A DNA stretch of 32,000 bases, from assembly GCF_020885515.1 (NCBI RefSeq), contig NZ_AP024987.1, positions 780,001-812,000 of the forward strand, read 5' to 3'. A model generated the notes under the pieces. The model was not told where the DNA came from. It saw only the letters and a program-made list of their open reading frames with translations, and made no database searches. Positions 10,052-18,934 of this stretch are shown here, in pieces (the stretch's first letter is position 1; each line of letters starts with the position of its first letter). Position numbers and translations under genes: made by a program. The stretch comes from a cyanobacterium endosymbiont of Braarudosphaera bigelowii (lineage in GTDB: Bacteria > Cyanobacteriota > Cyanobacteriia > Cyanobacteriales > Microcystaceae).

Positions 10052-11410
10052 TTATTTTTGGTATTCTAGTAAAGAAATAGCATATGAATCGAATTTAAGT
10101 TTGGTTAAGGCATTAGTAATTAGTTTTTCATCATTAGGCCAATAGCTCTCATCTAATCTAATTAATTTTTTACTTTTTTTATCTTGAAGAAATATAAAAA
10201 TTGGTATTTTAGTTTGATTATTTTTTCCTGCATGTCCATGTAGGACAGATTTTAAATCATTACAAGATGCTTGACTAGTTGCCTGTTCTAAACTCAAGTT
10301 AATAATGACTATTCTCATAGAATCTATATCTTTAGCATTTTCTATAACTATTTGTACTTTATCGTCTCGTAAATCAACTTTTCCCCAAATAATTAATACA
10401 GAATCTTTTACTAGAATATTTTTTATTTTTTTGTAGCTATTTGGAAAACAGACTCCTTCAATTTGGCTGGAAACATCTTCTAAAACTAAAAAGGCCATTT
10501 GATCTCCCTTTTTAGTTTTATATTCTTTAACTTCAGTAATAGTGGATACAACAGTAATTCTTCTTTTAACTTTTTGAGTCATTATCTCGTTAAAAGGAAG
10601 TGGAGAAAGTATTGAAACTGATTCTTTAACTATTCTTAAAGGGTGTTCTGAAACATAAAATCCAAGATACTCTTTTTCAAATTTGAGTTTGTCTTGCAAA
10701 GAAAAATCTTCAACTATTGGAGAACTCGGAACATCTTCATATTCTAAATCTAAGTTAGGATTACTAACGCTATTAGTAATTAAATCAAAAAGATTTAATT
10801 GACCACTTTCCTTATCTTTTGCTTTTTTTTGTGCCCAAGATATTACTAAATCAAGGTCATTAATTAATTGTTTACGATTACTAGCAATACTATCAAAAGC
10901 ACCAGAATAAATTAAAGTTTCTAATGCCCTTTTATTAACGGTTCTTAAATCAGTGTTAGAGCAAAAATCTGCCAGAGATTTAAATTTTGTGGCTAAGGTT
11001 AATTTTTTTCTAGCTTTTAAAATACTATCTATTGCCCCTTCTCCTAAATTTCTTACTGCTGATAATCCAAAAAGAATTTGGTCTCCTGAAGGAGTAAAAT
11101 CTTTTAGAGAAAGACTAATATCTGGAGGTAAAACTTTAATCCCCATTTTTTGACAATTTTCTCGATATTTGTCTACTTTTTCTTGATTATCACTATTCGC
11201 ACTCAGCAAAGCAGCCATGTATTCAACAGGGTAATTAGCTTTTAAATATGCTGTTTGATAGGTTATGTAAGCATAAGCAGTAGAGTGAGATTTATTAAAG
11301 CAATTGGAAGCTATTAAACCATTACTTAGTACGAAATTATGATCTTTCTCTAGGCCAATATCAAATACTTCATGCATTCCTAAAGACTTACGACGTATAA
11401 TTTTAGCCAT
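10052..11410 (-). CDS. dnaE: DNA polymerase III alpha subunit, C-terminal split half (IntC plus C-extein)
   Basis: 452 aa. Begins MAKIIRRKSLGMHEVFDIGLEKDHNFVLSNGLIASN (IntC), immediately followed by CFNKSHSTAYAYITYQTAYLKANYPVEYMAALLSANSDNQEKVDKYRENC, matching the C-terminal part of DnaE. No N-terminal DnaE domains are in frame upstream. Confidence 0.96.
   Translation of the reverse strand: MAKIIRRKSLGMHEVFDIGLEKDHNFVLSNGLIASNCFNKSHSTAYAYITYQTAYLKANYPVEYMAALLSANSDNQEKVDKYRENCQKMGIKVLPPDISLSLKDFTPSGDQILFGLSAVRNLGEGAIDSILKARKKLTLATKFKSLADFCSNTDLRTVNKRALETLIYSGAFDSIASNRKQLINDLDLVISWAQKKAKDKESGQLNLFDLITNSVSNPNLDLEYEDVPSSPIVEDFSLQDKLKFEKEYLGFYVSEHPLRIVKESVSILSPLPFNEIMTQKVKRRITVVSTITEVKEYKTKKGDQMAFLVLEDVSSQIEGVCFPNSYKKIKNILVKDSVLIIWGKVDLRDDKVQIVIENAKDIDSMRIVIINLSLEQATSQASCNDLKSVLHGHAGKNNQTKIPIFIFLQDKKSKKLIRLDESYWPNDEKLITNALTKLKFDSYAISLLEYQK
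11303..11410 (-). other. C-terminal fragment of the DnaE split intein (36 aa, IntC)
   Basis: Codons 1-36 of the ORF end in Ser-Asn. The next codon (tgc, complement of 11300-11302) is Cys+1 of the extein. FDIG..DHNF..NG.IA.N matches the C-terminal splicing motifs of known cyanobacterial DnaE IntC fragments. Confidence 0.95.
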
Positions 11411-11608
11411 AATTTTCCAATATAAAACTTTGATTTTTTTAAACTAACACTAACTCTTATGTATTAATAGCTATTTTGTCTTCATAGTAATATGTATAAT
11501 GTTTTTTATAAAACAAGATGATTAATATATTTAATAATTTTTACTTAAAAAGTATGGTTGGTAACTGATATTCTAATACGGCAATGTAGTGTTTAATTCT
11601 AAACAATT

Positions 11609-12736
11609 TTAATATAAATCATACTTTAATAAGGTACAGTTTAAAGAGCCATTATAAATGGAAGCACGGCTAGATGCTCTTAAACCAATCTGTTGAGTTA
11701 ATTTTTTATCTTCACTTAAAATATAGGCTACCCATCCCTTAAAACGATGTTTGAGTATATCACCTAGTAACTTATATAGTTTCCCCAATTCTTGAGAATT
11801 TCCTATACGCTTACCATAAGGAGGGTTGCAAATAACAATTCCTTTATCGAAAGGCGCTTCAATATCCTTTAAAGCCATTTTAACAAAATGAATATATTCT
11901 TCAATATTACATTTTTTTGCGTTAGCTTTTGCTTGTTTTATTACCGATAAATCACAATCATTGCCAAAAATAGGTGCTTTAAGTTTCTTTCTTTGCTTTT
12001 TGATTGCTTCGTTAATTATATTCTTATAAAGTTTTTCATCAAAATCTTGCCAAAATTGGAATCCAAAAGATTTTCTATTTAAACCTACGGCTATATTTAA
12101 ACTTTTCAAGGTTGCTTCAATGGGTATAGTTCCTGATCCACACATAGGATCTAATAAACAAATATCAGGTGTCCATTCTGCTATATCCAGTAGTGCCGCA
12201 GCTAAACTCTCTTTAATAGGTGCGAATCCCATAGCTGCGCGGTATCCTCTTCTATGCAAACTATTTCCAGAGCTATCCAAACTTAGAATGCATGAATTTT
12301 CACTAATATGTGCATTTATTAGAATGTTAGGATTTTTAGGATCAATGGTAGATCTTTCTTTAAAACGATCCCTCTGTTGATCAATAATAGAATTTTTAAT
12401 TTGTAGAGCAGTAAAGTGAGTATGATTTAGCTTTAAGTTTTTTCCTGTGCAATTTACTGCAAATGTTTGCTCTGTTGTTAAGAATTGAGACCAATCTATT
12501 TTATTAACATTATTATATAATTCCAACTCATCATTACATTGAATTGTAAAAATAGGCATTAAAAAACGAAGGATAGTTCTTGACCATATATTTGCCCTAT
12601 ATAGCAAAGATTTATCACCTTGAAAATATACTCCAGCAAATGTAATTTCAATATTCTTAGCGCTTAACTTTTTTAACTCTTGAGCAGCTACTTTTTCTAA
12701 TCCTCTGGCAACAGTTGCAAAATATTGATTAGGCAT
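11609..12736 (-). CDS. THUMP-domain class I SAM-dependent RNA methyltransferase (RlmL/YcbY N-terminal type, COG0116-like)
   Basis: 375 aa; MPNQYFATVARGLEKVAAQELKKL, RGYRAAMGFAPIKESLAAALLDIAEWTPDICLLDPMCGSGTIPIEA and GIVICNPPYGKRIG. Confidence 0.9.
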   Translation of the reverse strand: MPNQYFATVARGLEKVAAQELKKLSAKNIEITFAGVYFQGDKSLLYRANIWSRTILRFLMPIFTIQCNDELELYNNVNKIDWSQFLTTEQTFAVNCTGKNLKLNHTHFTALQIKNSIIDQQRDRFKERSTIDPKNPNILINAHISENSCILSLDSSGNSLHRRGYRAAMGFAPIKESLAAALLDIAEWTPDICLLDPMCGSGTIPIEATLKSLNIAVGLNRKSFGFQFWQDFDEKLYKNIINEAIKKQRKKLKAPIFGNDCDLSVIKQAKANAKKCNIEEYIHFVKMALKDIEAPFDKGIVICNPPYGKRIGNSQELGKLYKLLGDILKHRFKGWVAYILSEDKKLTQQIGLRASSRASIYNGSLNCTLLKYDLY

Positions 12737-13309
12737 TAATTTAATAACTTTGTAAAATAGTTCTTATCAGCTGTCATGGTTCTTCTAATATTTTTATTAT
12801 TAGAAATTGGCCTATGGTCAATTTCATAATAATATTATGTTACTGGTACTATTATTGATGTTAGCTCAATATCCAACTGTAAAACTAATCATACTAAGAG
12901 TGTATAAACTGATTAATTCTGATAAATTATACTAATAACTATAATGGTCTATCACTAACAAACTTATTAATAAAAGCAATTTTTAGTAAAAACACTACTA
13001 TTAAGAATAATCTCATAGATAAAATATTTAAGATTTGTCACAACTATGATTGCAGCAACTTGATTATAACAAATTCTTAAAATGAATATTTATTAATAGA
13101 TCACAAATTAAATAATACTTATAAAAATATTTTTTTATTATCTTTTATTGTTTAACAACGTATTCAATTCACTACCAAACTATGACTAAAAGCTATTGGA
13201 TAAACAACAACAGACAACAATTATTAAATTCTATAAATTCTTTATTCCCAAATTAGTCAAGTTTAGGATGTGGAGATAAACACTATCCTTATCATACGAA
13301 CATTTAAAG

Positions 13310-14185
13310 CACATTCCTCCAATTTTCCTGTTAGTGGCAGTAAAAAACAAAGAGACTGTTGTTTATCAATTAGTGACGGAATTATGAAGTTTAGATTATG
13401 TTGCTGAAAAATACGATCTCTAGATCATAAATGACTATAGTACTAATAAAACGGTTGATATATTAGACGATTTGGCTCAAGAATACCCTCAAATTAATAT
13501 TTTTCATGACCTACTAAAGCAGGAGGTGGAAAGTCTAAAACCTTAAATGGTATTTTTCATAGGAAGAGATAGGTGTTGTATAGGTACGTAAAAGATTTTC
13601 TAACGAAACCTTAAATTTTGAAGTCTAGAATAATTGTCAGAAATAGCATTGGATAGTTTTTTCAAGAACAACTTATCTTATTAATTAATAGTATTGGAAG
13701 GCTAAGAACGTAATAGCTAATTTGTTCGTCACAGTGCTTTTTCTAAATGCGGAGAATGAAATAAACAGACTATTACCGATGATTTAGACTTGACTACTCG
13801 TCTACATTTAGATGGTTGGAAAATTAAATTCTTGGATTATCCTGCTCTTAAAAAAGAAGGCGTTATTAATGCAATATCTTTTACCGAGTGCTGCTATTCC
13901 TGATCTTATAATGATGGTTATCCATTATCGTTTATCTCTATCAAGTCCTTTGTTTGACAGGATTAATGTTGTCTCTATCCCGCTGGGGGATATTTATAGG
14001 TTTACGTCGATCTCAAGATAAAACAATTTGGACAACTGTTGATATGTTACGTTTAATCATAGAAACTTTATGGAGAGTATTGTACATGATGCATCGGTTC
14101 ATTATTATACCTCGTGTTACAGGAAGAATGTCAGTTAAAACTACACATTTAAAGTGGATTAAAACTATATATTAGGAAAGCTTAG
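13310..14185 (+). pseudogene. degraded family 2 glycosyltransferase
   Basis: Fragments in shifting frames: PPIFLLVAVKNKETVVYQLVTEL*SLDYVAEKYDL*IINDYSTNKTVDILDDLAQEYPQINIF, then AGGGKSKTLNGIF, then TITDDLDLTTRLHLDGWKIKFLDYPALKKEGVINAI, then QYLLPSAAIPD, then GLRRSQDKTIWTT...MSVKTTHLKWIKT. Order and spacing fit a GT2 enzyme, with internal stops (tga 13385-13387, tag 13421-13423) and frameshifts. Confidence 0.85.
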
Positions 14186-14621
14186 TAAACAGTTAAAGTA
14201 ATTCTTATAGTCATAACCTAAATTATTTAAAATGTAAATTGCCAATAATTTATTAGATACTAGAATTAAAAACATATAACTTATATCAAGAAAGTATCAT
14301 ATGGAAGAAATAGTAAAAACAATATTTATATACTTATGAAGTAAGATACTAAATGTAGTATGAAAGCAAGACTTCTATCACTAGCAATTATTTATAAAAA
14401 TCTCTTAAATGTAAAGCTTAGAATACTCAATTCCTAATTGATAGGGTATAAGAAAAATAAATTATTATTCATCACTATTTTTCTTGGATTGTATAAAATG
14501 TTAAGTGTTATTAAAACAATGGAGAAAATTCTTACTTTAAAAACAGTTTCTACTGTAAAAATAACCTGAAAGTTTAAGTTTAGTATTCTTTTAACTTTAT
14601 TTTATTTATATATAACTATAT

Positions 14622-15764
14622 ATGAAATACGCCTTAGTTCATGAATGGTTAACTCCAAAAGCTACAGGAGGTTCTGAATTAGTAGTCAAGGAAATTCTTA
14701 AGCATGTAAAAGCTGATGTTTATTCTCTTATTGACTTTGAATCCACTAATCCTAAAAGTTATCTTTATAACCGCCCCATTGGAACCACTTTCTTACAATA
14801 TTTTCCTTTAGCCCATAACGGCGTTCAAAAGTATTTACCTTTTTTACCTTTAGCTATAGAACAATTAGATTTAAGAAAATACGATGTAATATTATCTTCT
14901 TCTCATTCTGTGGCTAAAGGAATACTTGCAAGTCCACATCAACTTCATATCTGCTACTGTCATACACCAATGCGCTATGCTTGGGATTTGACCTTTGACT
15001 ATCTTAGAAATTCTCTAATAGGTAAAGGCATTCCTGGAATATTTACTCGTTATCTATTACATCATTTAAGACAGTGGGATGTTATTTCTGCTAATCGTGT
15101 TGATTTTTTTATAGCTAATTCTAATCACACAGCTAATCGTATATGGCGTTGTTATCGCCGTACAGCCACAGTTATATATCCTCCAGTAAATATAGACAGA
15201 TTTACCTTTACTGCTAATAAAGATAATTTTTATGTTACTGTTTCCAGGCTAGTTAGTTACAAAAAAATTAACCTAATTGTACAGGCTTTTAATAAGCTAG
15301 GATATCCTTTAATTATTATTGGTGATGGACCAGAGATTTCTAAAATTCGTCTGATCGCTCAACCGAATATACAAATTTTAGGAGCACAAAAAGATTCAGT
15401 AGTAGAAAAGTATGTTGCAAAAGCAAAAGCTTTTATATATGCTGCTTGTGAAGATTTTGGGATAGCTTTGGTTGAAGCTCAAGCTTGCGGCACCCCAGTA
15501 ATTGCTTATGGAAATGGCGGTGCGTTAGAAACTGTGATTGACATTCAACAAGACTTACAACATGGAACTGGAATTTTATTTAAAGATCAAACTGTTCAGT
15601 CTCTTGTTGATGCAGTTGAAACTTTCCAAGATTTTCAACATAAAGTAGATCCTGAAAGTTGTCGTCGTCAAGCGGAGAAATTTTCTCCTAAAATTTTTGA
15701 AACATCTTATTTAGCTTTTTTAGAAAAATGTTATAAAGATTTTACTAGAAATTCCTCATCATGA
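14622..15764 (+). CDS. family 4 (GT4) glycosyltransferase
   Basis: 380 aa; MKYALVHEWLTPKATGGSELVVKEIL, NRIWRCYRRTATVIYPPVNIDRF, YVTVSRLVSYKKINLIVQAFNKLGYPLIIIGDGPE and EDFGIALVEAQACGTPVIAYGNGGALETV. Confidence 0.93.
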   Translation: MKYALVHEWLTPKATGGSELVVKEILKHVKADVYSLIDFESTNPKSYLYNRPIGTTFLQYFPLAHNGVQKYLPFLPLAIEQLDLRKYDVILSSSHSVAKGILASPHQLHICYCHTPMRYAWDLTFDYLRNSLIGKGIPGIFTRYLLHHLRQWDVISANRVDFFIANSNHTANRIWRCYRRTATVIYPPVNIDRFTFTANKDNFYVTVSRLVSYKKINLIVQAFNKLGYPLIIIGDGPEISKIRLIAQPNIQILGAQKDSVVEKYVAKAKAFIYAACEDFGIALVEAQACGTPVIAYGNGGALETVIDIQQDLQHGTGILFKDQTVQSLVDAVETFQDFQHKVDPESCRRQAEKFSPKIFETSYLAFLEKCYKDFTRNSSS

Positions 15765-15836
15765 ACTTAAATTAATGTATGTAATTTATCTAGTAAAATT
15801 CTGACAAATTAATATGGTGTAATTTAGAGGGGTGAG

Positions 15837-16571
15837 ATGACTATTAATAACCAATTTACTTCTATCAAAACATTACAAATTTCAACAAAAAAAAAATTAA
15901 TTCCCTCAAATTTTCAAAAAATCTATTGTAGATTTCGATTACAGAATATATTAAGTAACCAATTTATTAAGAGATCTTTTGATATACTGTTTTCTTCATC
16001 TGTATTGATTATTTTTTTACCTCTTTACTTATTACTAGGTTTTTTAATAGCAGTTAGTTCTCCTGGTCCTATTTTTTATTTTCAGGAAAGAGCTGGAAAA
16101 AATTTTAAAAAGTTTAAATGTATTAAGTTCAGGACTATGGTTCAGAATGCAGATGAAGTATTAGAGTTAATAATGGCTAGTTCTCCACAAATTAGAGCTG
16201 AATTTGAAAATAATTTTAAGTTAAGGGAAGATCCTCGAGTTACTTGGATTGGAAAATTTCTCCGGTTAACTAGCTTAGATGAATTTCCTCAATTTTGGAA
16301 TGTTCTAAAAGGAGATATGAGCGTTGTTGGGCCTAGACCCCTAGTTACCGAAGAACTTTGTAAGTATGGAGATAAAATAGGAAAGGTTTTAACTATTCGC
16401 CCAGGAATTACTGGTTTGTGGCAAGTTTCGGGACGCAATGATATTCCTTATCCACAAAGAGTCCAAATTGATGTTTATTATGTAAATTATCATACTTGGA
16501 TTATGGATCTATGGATAATTTTTAAAACTATTGGAGTAATTGTTTTCCCAAAAAACAATGGTGCTTACTAA
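15837..16571 (+). CDS. sugar transferase (bacterial undecaprenyl-phosphate sugar phosphotransferase family)
   Basis: KRSFDILFSSSVLIIFLPLYLLLGFLIAVSSPGPIFYFQERAGKNFKKFKCIKFRTMV, LRLTSLDEFPQFWNVLKGDMSVVGPRPLV and RPGITGLWQVSGRNDIPYPQRVQIDVYYV. Confidence 0.95.
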   Translation: MTINNQFTSIKTLQISTKKKLIPSNFQKIYCRFRLQNILSNQFIKRSFDILFSSSVLIIFLPLYLLLGFLIAVSSPGPIFYFQERAGKNFKKFKCIKFRTMVQNADEVLELIMASSPQIRAEFENNFKLREDPRVTWIGKFLRLTSLDEFPQFWNVLKGDMSVVGPRPLVTEELCKYGDKIGKVLTIRPGITGLWQVSGRNDIPYPQRVQIDVYYVNYHTWIMDLWIIFKTIGVIVFPKNNGAY

Positions 16572-16710
16572 ACTAAGTATAAATAAATTATATACACTGA
16601 ATATATGATCTCTTTATTAAAAATAATTAAAGTTTACCTAGTCTAATCCATACAAATAATAGAGTATTTTTTTATTTTGTAGTTAGTTTTCTTACCAAAA
16701 TTTGTACTAT

Positions 16711-16750
16711 AAAAGTTACCATAATTGAAAACTAAATTGTGGTAGCTTTT
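16711..16750. terminator. hairpin between convergent sugar transferase and small membrane protein gene
   Basis: 16-bp stem aaaagttaccataatt / aattgtggtagctttt (two G-U pairs), 8-nt loop gaaaacta, with T-rich sequence on both exit sides. Confidence 0.6.
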
Positions 16751-16803
16751 ATTTACTACAGATAAAAAAGTTTCTATTAGCATTAATATGTTTCTGAATT
16801 TCA

Positions 16804-17175
16804 CTATGCGATATTACAGGTTAAAGGGCATGATGCATAAACAGAAGTATTTATAGGAGTTGCTTTGCCATATAACCATCTTAGCCAGTGTACTTCTTGA
16901 GGATGTATACCCTTGATTGTCAATATAGCTGCACTTACAAAAATTACTAATAGATTAGCAGAGATTAAAGATCCGACAACTAATAATACAGAACTTATTG
17001 GTAAAACTGTTTGTAGAATAATTGATGTTAAAACACCAAAAGTTGCTAGAAACATAACCATGGGAAATCCTACGATTAGTAAGCACACTATTAAAGAAAA
17101 ACTTCATATTAAAAAGCTTCTAATGATTAGAAAAGAATTAAAATTTTTCAAGTCTATTTTCTGTACAAAATTCAT
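16804..17175 (-). pseudogene. small hydrophobic membrane protein gene interrupted by in-frame TGA (or translated only from GTG at 17086-17088)
   Basis: ORF 16804..17088 encodes a membrane-type protein (CLLIVGFPMVMFLATFGVLTSIILQTVLPISSVLLVVG...). The same frame extends back through TGA (complement of 17104-17106) to ATG at 17173-17175, preceded by the Shine-Dalgarno-like TGAGGAG. Confidence 0.55.
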
Positions 17176-17819
17176 ATATTATTACTCCTCAAAAAAGATA
17201 ATTTTAAACAATACTTATTTAAATAAGTATAAGTATCTTGATGAATTGATCGTAACTTCTGGCATAAAAGTTAACATATAAAAATAGCTTTTATTGTTTA
17301 CATATGGTAAGAAACACAGAGTAGCAATGTATTCTTCAAATATATAAATAATAAAAAGTATATTTTCTTATTTTCATACTACTTAATAAATCCTTTTAAT
17401 ATCATTTAAAATATATCTTTTAAGGTTATTAAATATAATGATTAAAATGTTTCAAATTTTAATTTGGTTTTTAATCTGATAATATTAACTATCAGTAATA
17501 TTCTGTTTAAAAGTAATATAAAATATGTAAAATAATGGTGACTTAAGAATCACATATGAAATGCTTAGTTCAAAACTATAATATAATTTACAATTACTAG
17601 GAAAAAATATCCAATCTTTTTCTAATATCTCTTTTACTAGGTTACTTCACTACTTGAAGTCTAATAAAATGACTTTACTGCTTTAACTCAGAAAAGGTTA
17701 TTATTTTAATAATAAAAAATAGAAGTTCAAGAAAGATTAAAACTATACTATATAGTTTTTAGCCTTCCTAAGATTCATATTGAATATACAACATGGCCTT
17801 TTTTAGATAAAACCGTCCT

Positions 17820-18905
17820 ATGAATGATGATTATTCACTATCAAATTATAACTATCATTTACCTTCAGAGCTAATCGCACAGAATCCTCTAGTTCCGAGA
17901 GATTCTTCACGTTTATTGGTGGTCAATTCTTCAAATACTCATGTACATAGCTTTTTTAACGAATTGCCGAAATGGTTACTACCTGGAGATTTACTAGTTT
18001 TCAATGATACACGTGTTGTTCCAGCAAGACTCTATGGGCAAAAGACTACCGGGGCTAAGGTTGAGGTTTTGTTACTAGAAGAGAAAGAACCTTTCACTTG
18101 GATTGTATTAGTTAAACCAGGTAAAAGATTTAAAATTGGTAGTAAAATTTTATTTACAGCAGTATTAGATGAATTCAAACAAGATTATCTACTTGAAGCA
18201 ACAGTAATAGATCACGATGAAAAAACAGGAGGAAGAGTATTAAAGTTTAATGTGAGTTCTAAAAGCGAATTTTGGGAAGCCTTAGAAAGAATTGGGCATC
18301 TTCCTCTACCACCTTATCTCACTAACTCTAGTGCAAATCCATCTCAGTATCAAACAATTTATGCACAAAAGCCCGGCGCAGTTGCTGCCCCAACAGCAGG
18401 TTTACACTTCACTCAAGAATTGTTGCAAAATTTGCAAAAAAAAGGAATCAATCAAGCTTATGTCACTTTACATGTAGGTCTGGGAACATTTCGTCCAGTT
18501 AATACAGATAATATAAAAGAACATACAATGCATCAGGAATGGATAGAGGTATCAAATCAAACAATCCAAAAAATTAATAAAACTAAAAGTAGTGGAGGAA
18601 GAGTTATAGCTGTGGGGACAACTGTAGTAAGAGCTTTAGAAGGAATGGCAGATGTAACCTCAATAGATAATAAGTATGATATAAAGTCTTTTTCAGGTAA
18701 AACTAATATTTTTATATATCCAGGATACAAGTGGCACTTAGTTGATGGAATGATTACGAATTTTCATCTTCCTAAATCTAGTTTGTTAATGCTTGTTAGT
18801 GCTCTGATAGGTAGAGATAGGTTGCTAGAGTTATATAAAATAGCTATTGAGGAGAAGTACCGCTTTTATTCCTTTGGAGATGGAATGTTGGTTTTATTAT
18901 CCTGA
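17820..18905 (+). CDS. queA: S-adenosylmethionine:tRNA ribosyltransferase-isomerase
   Basis: 361 aa; YHLPSELIAQNPLVPRDSSRLLV, LLVFNDTRVVPARLYG, AAPTAGLHFTQELL, HVGLGTFRPV and NFHLPKSSLLMLVSALIGRD. Confidence 0.97.
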   Translation: MNDDYSLSNYNYHLPSELIAQNPLVPRDSSRLLVVNSSNTHVHSFFNELPKWLLPGDLLVFNDTRVVPARLYGQKTTGAKVEVLLLEEKEPFTWIVLVKPGKRFKIGSKILFTAVLDEFKQDYLLEATVIDHDEKTGGRVLKFNVSSKSEFWEALERIGHLPLPPYLTNSSANPSQYQTIYAQKPGAVAAPTAGLHFTQELLQNLQKKGINQAYVTLHVGLGTFRPVNTDNIKEHTMHQEWIEVSNQTIQKINKTKSSGGRVIAVGTTVVRALEGMADVTSIDNKYDIKSFSGKTNIFIYPGYKWHLVDGMITNFHLPKSSLLMLVSALIGRDRLLELYKIAIEEKYRFYSFGDGMLVLLS

Positions 18906-18934
18906 ATAAACTGTGAGATTTAAAAATAGAGATT

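Noticed and set aside
10953-11153. 66-aa plus-strand ORF inside the dnaE C-terminal gene
   Set aside because: Antisense to the confidently identified C-extein, with no recognisable domain.
13812-14175. ORFs 13812..14021 and 13954..14175 as independent genes
   Set aside because: Their sequences (QYLLPSAAIPD, GLRRSQDKTIWTT, MSVKTTHLKWIKT) are consistent with out-of-frame remnants of the GT2 pseudogene, so they are not separate small proteins.
16913-17281. 122-aa plus-strand ORF MIVNIAALTKITNRLAEIK...
   Set aside because: It lies antisense to the hydrophobic membrane-protein ORF, is Lys/Ile/Asn-rich like random AT-rich sequence, and has no recognisable domain.
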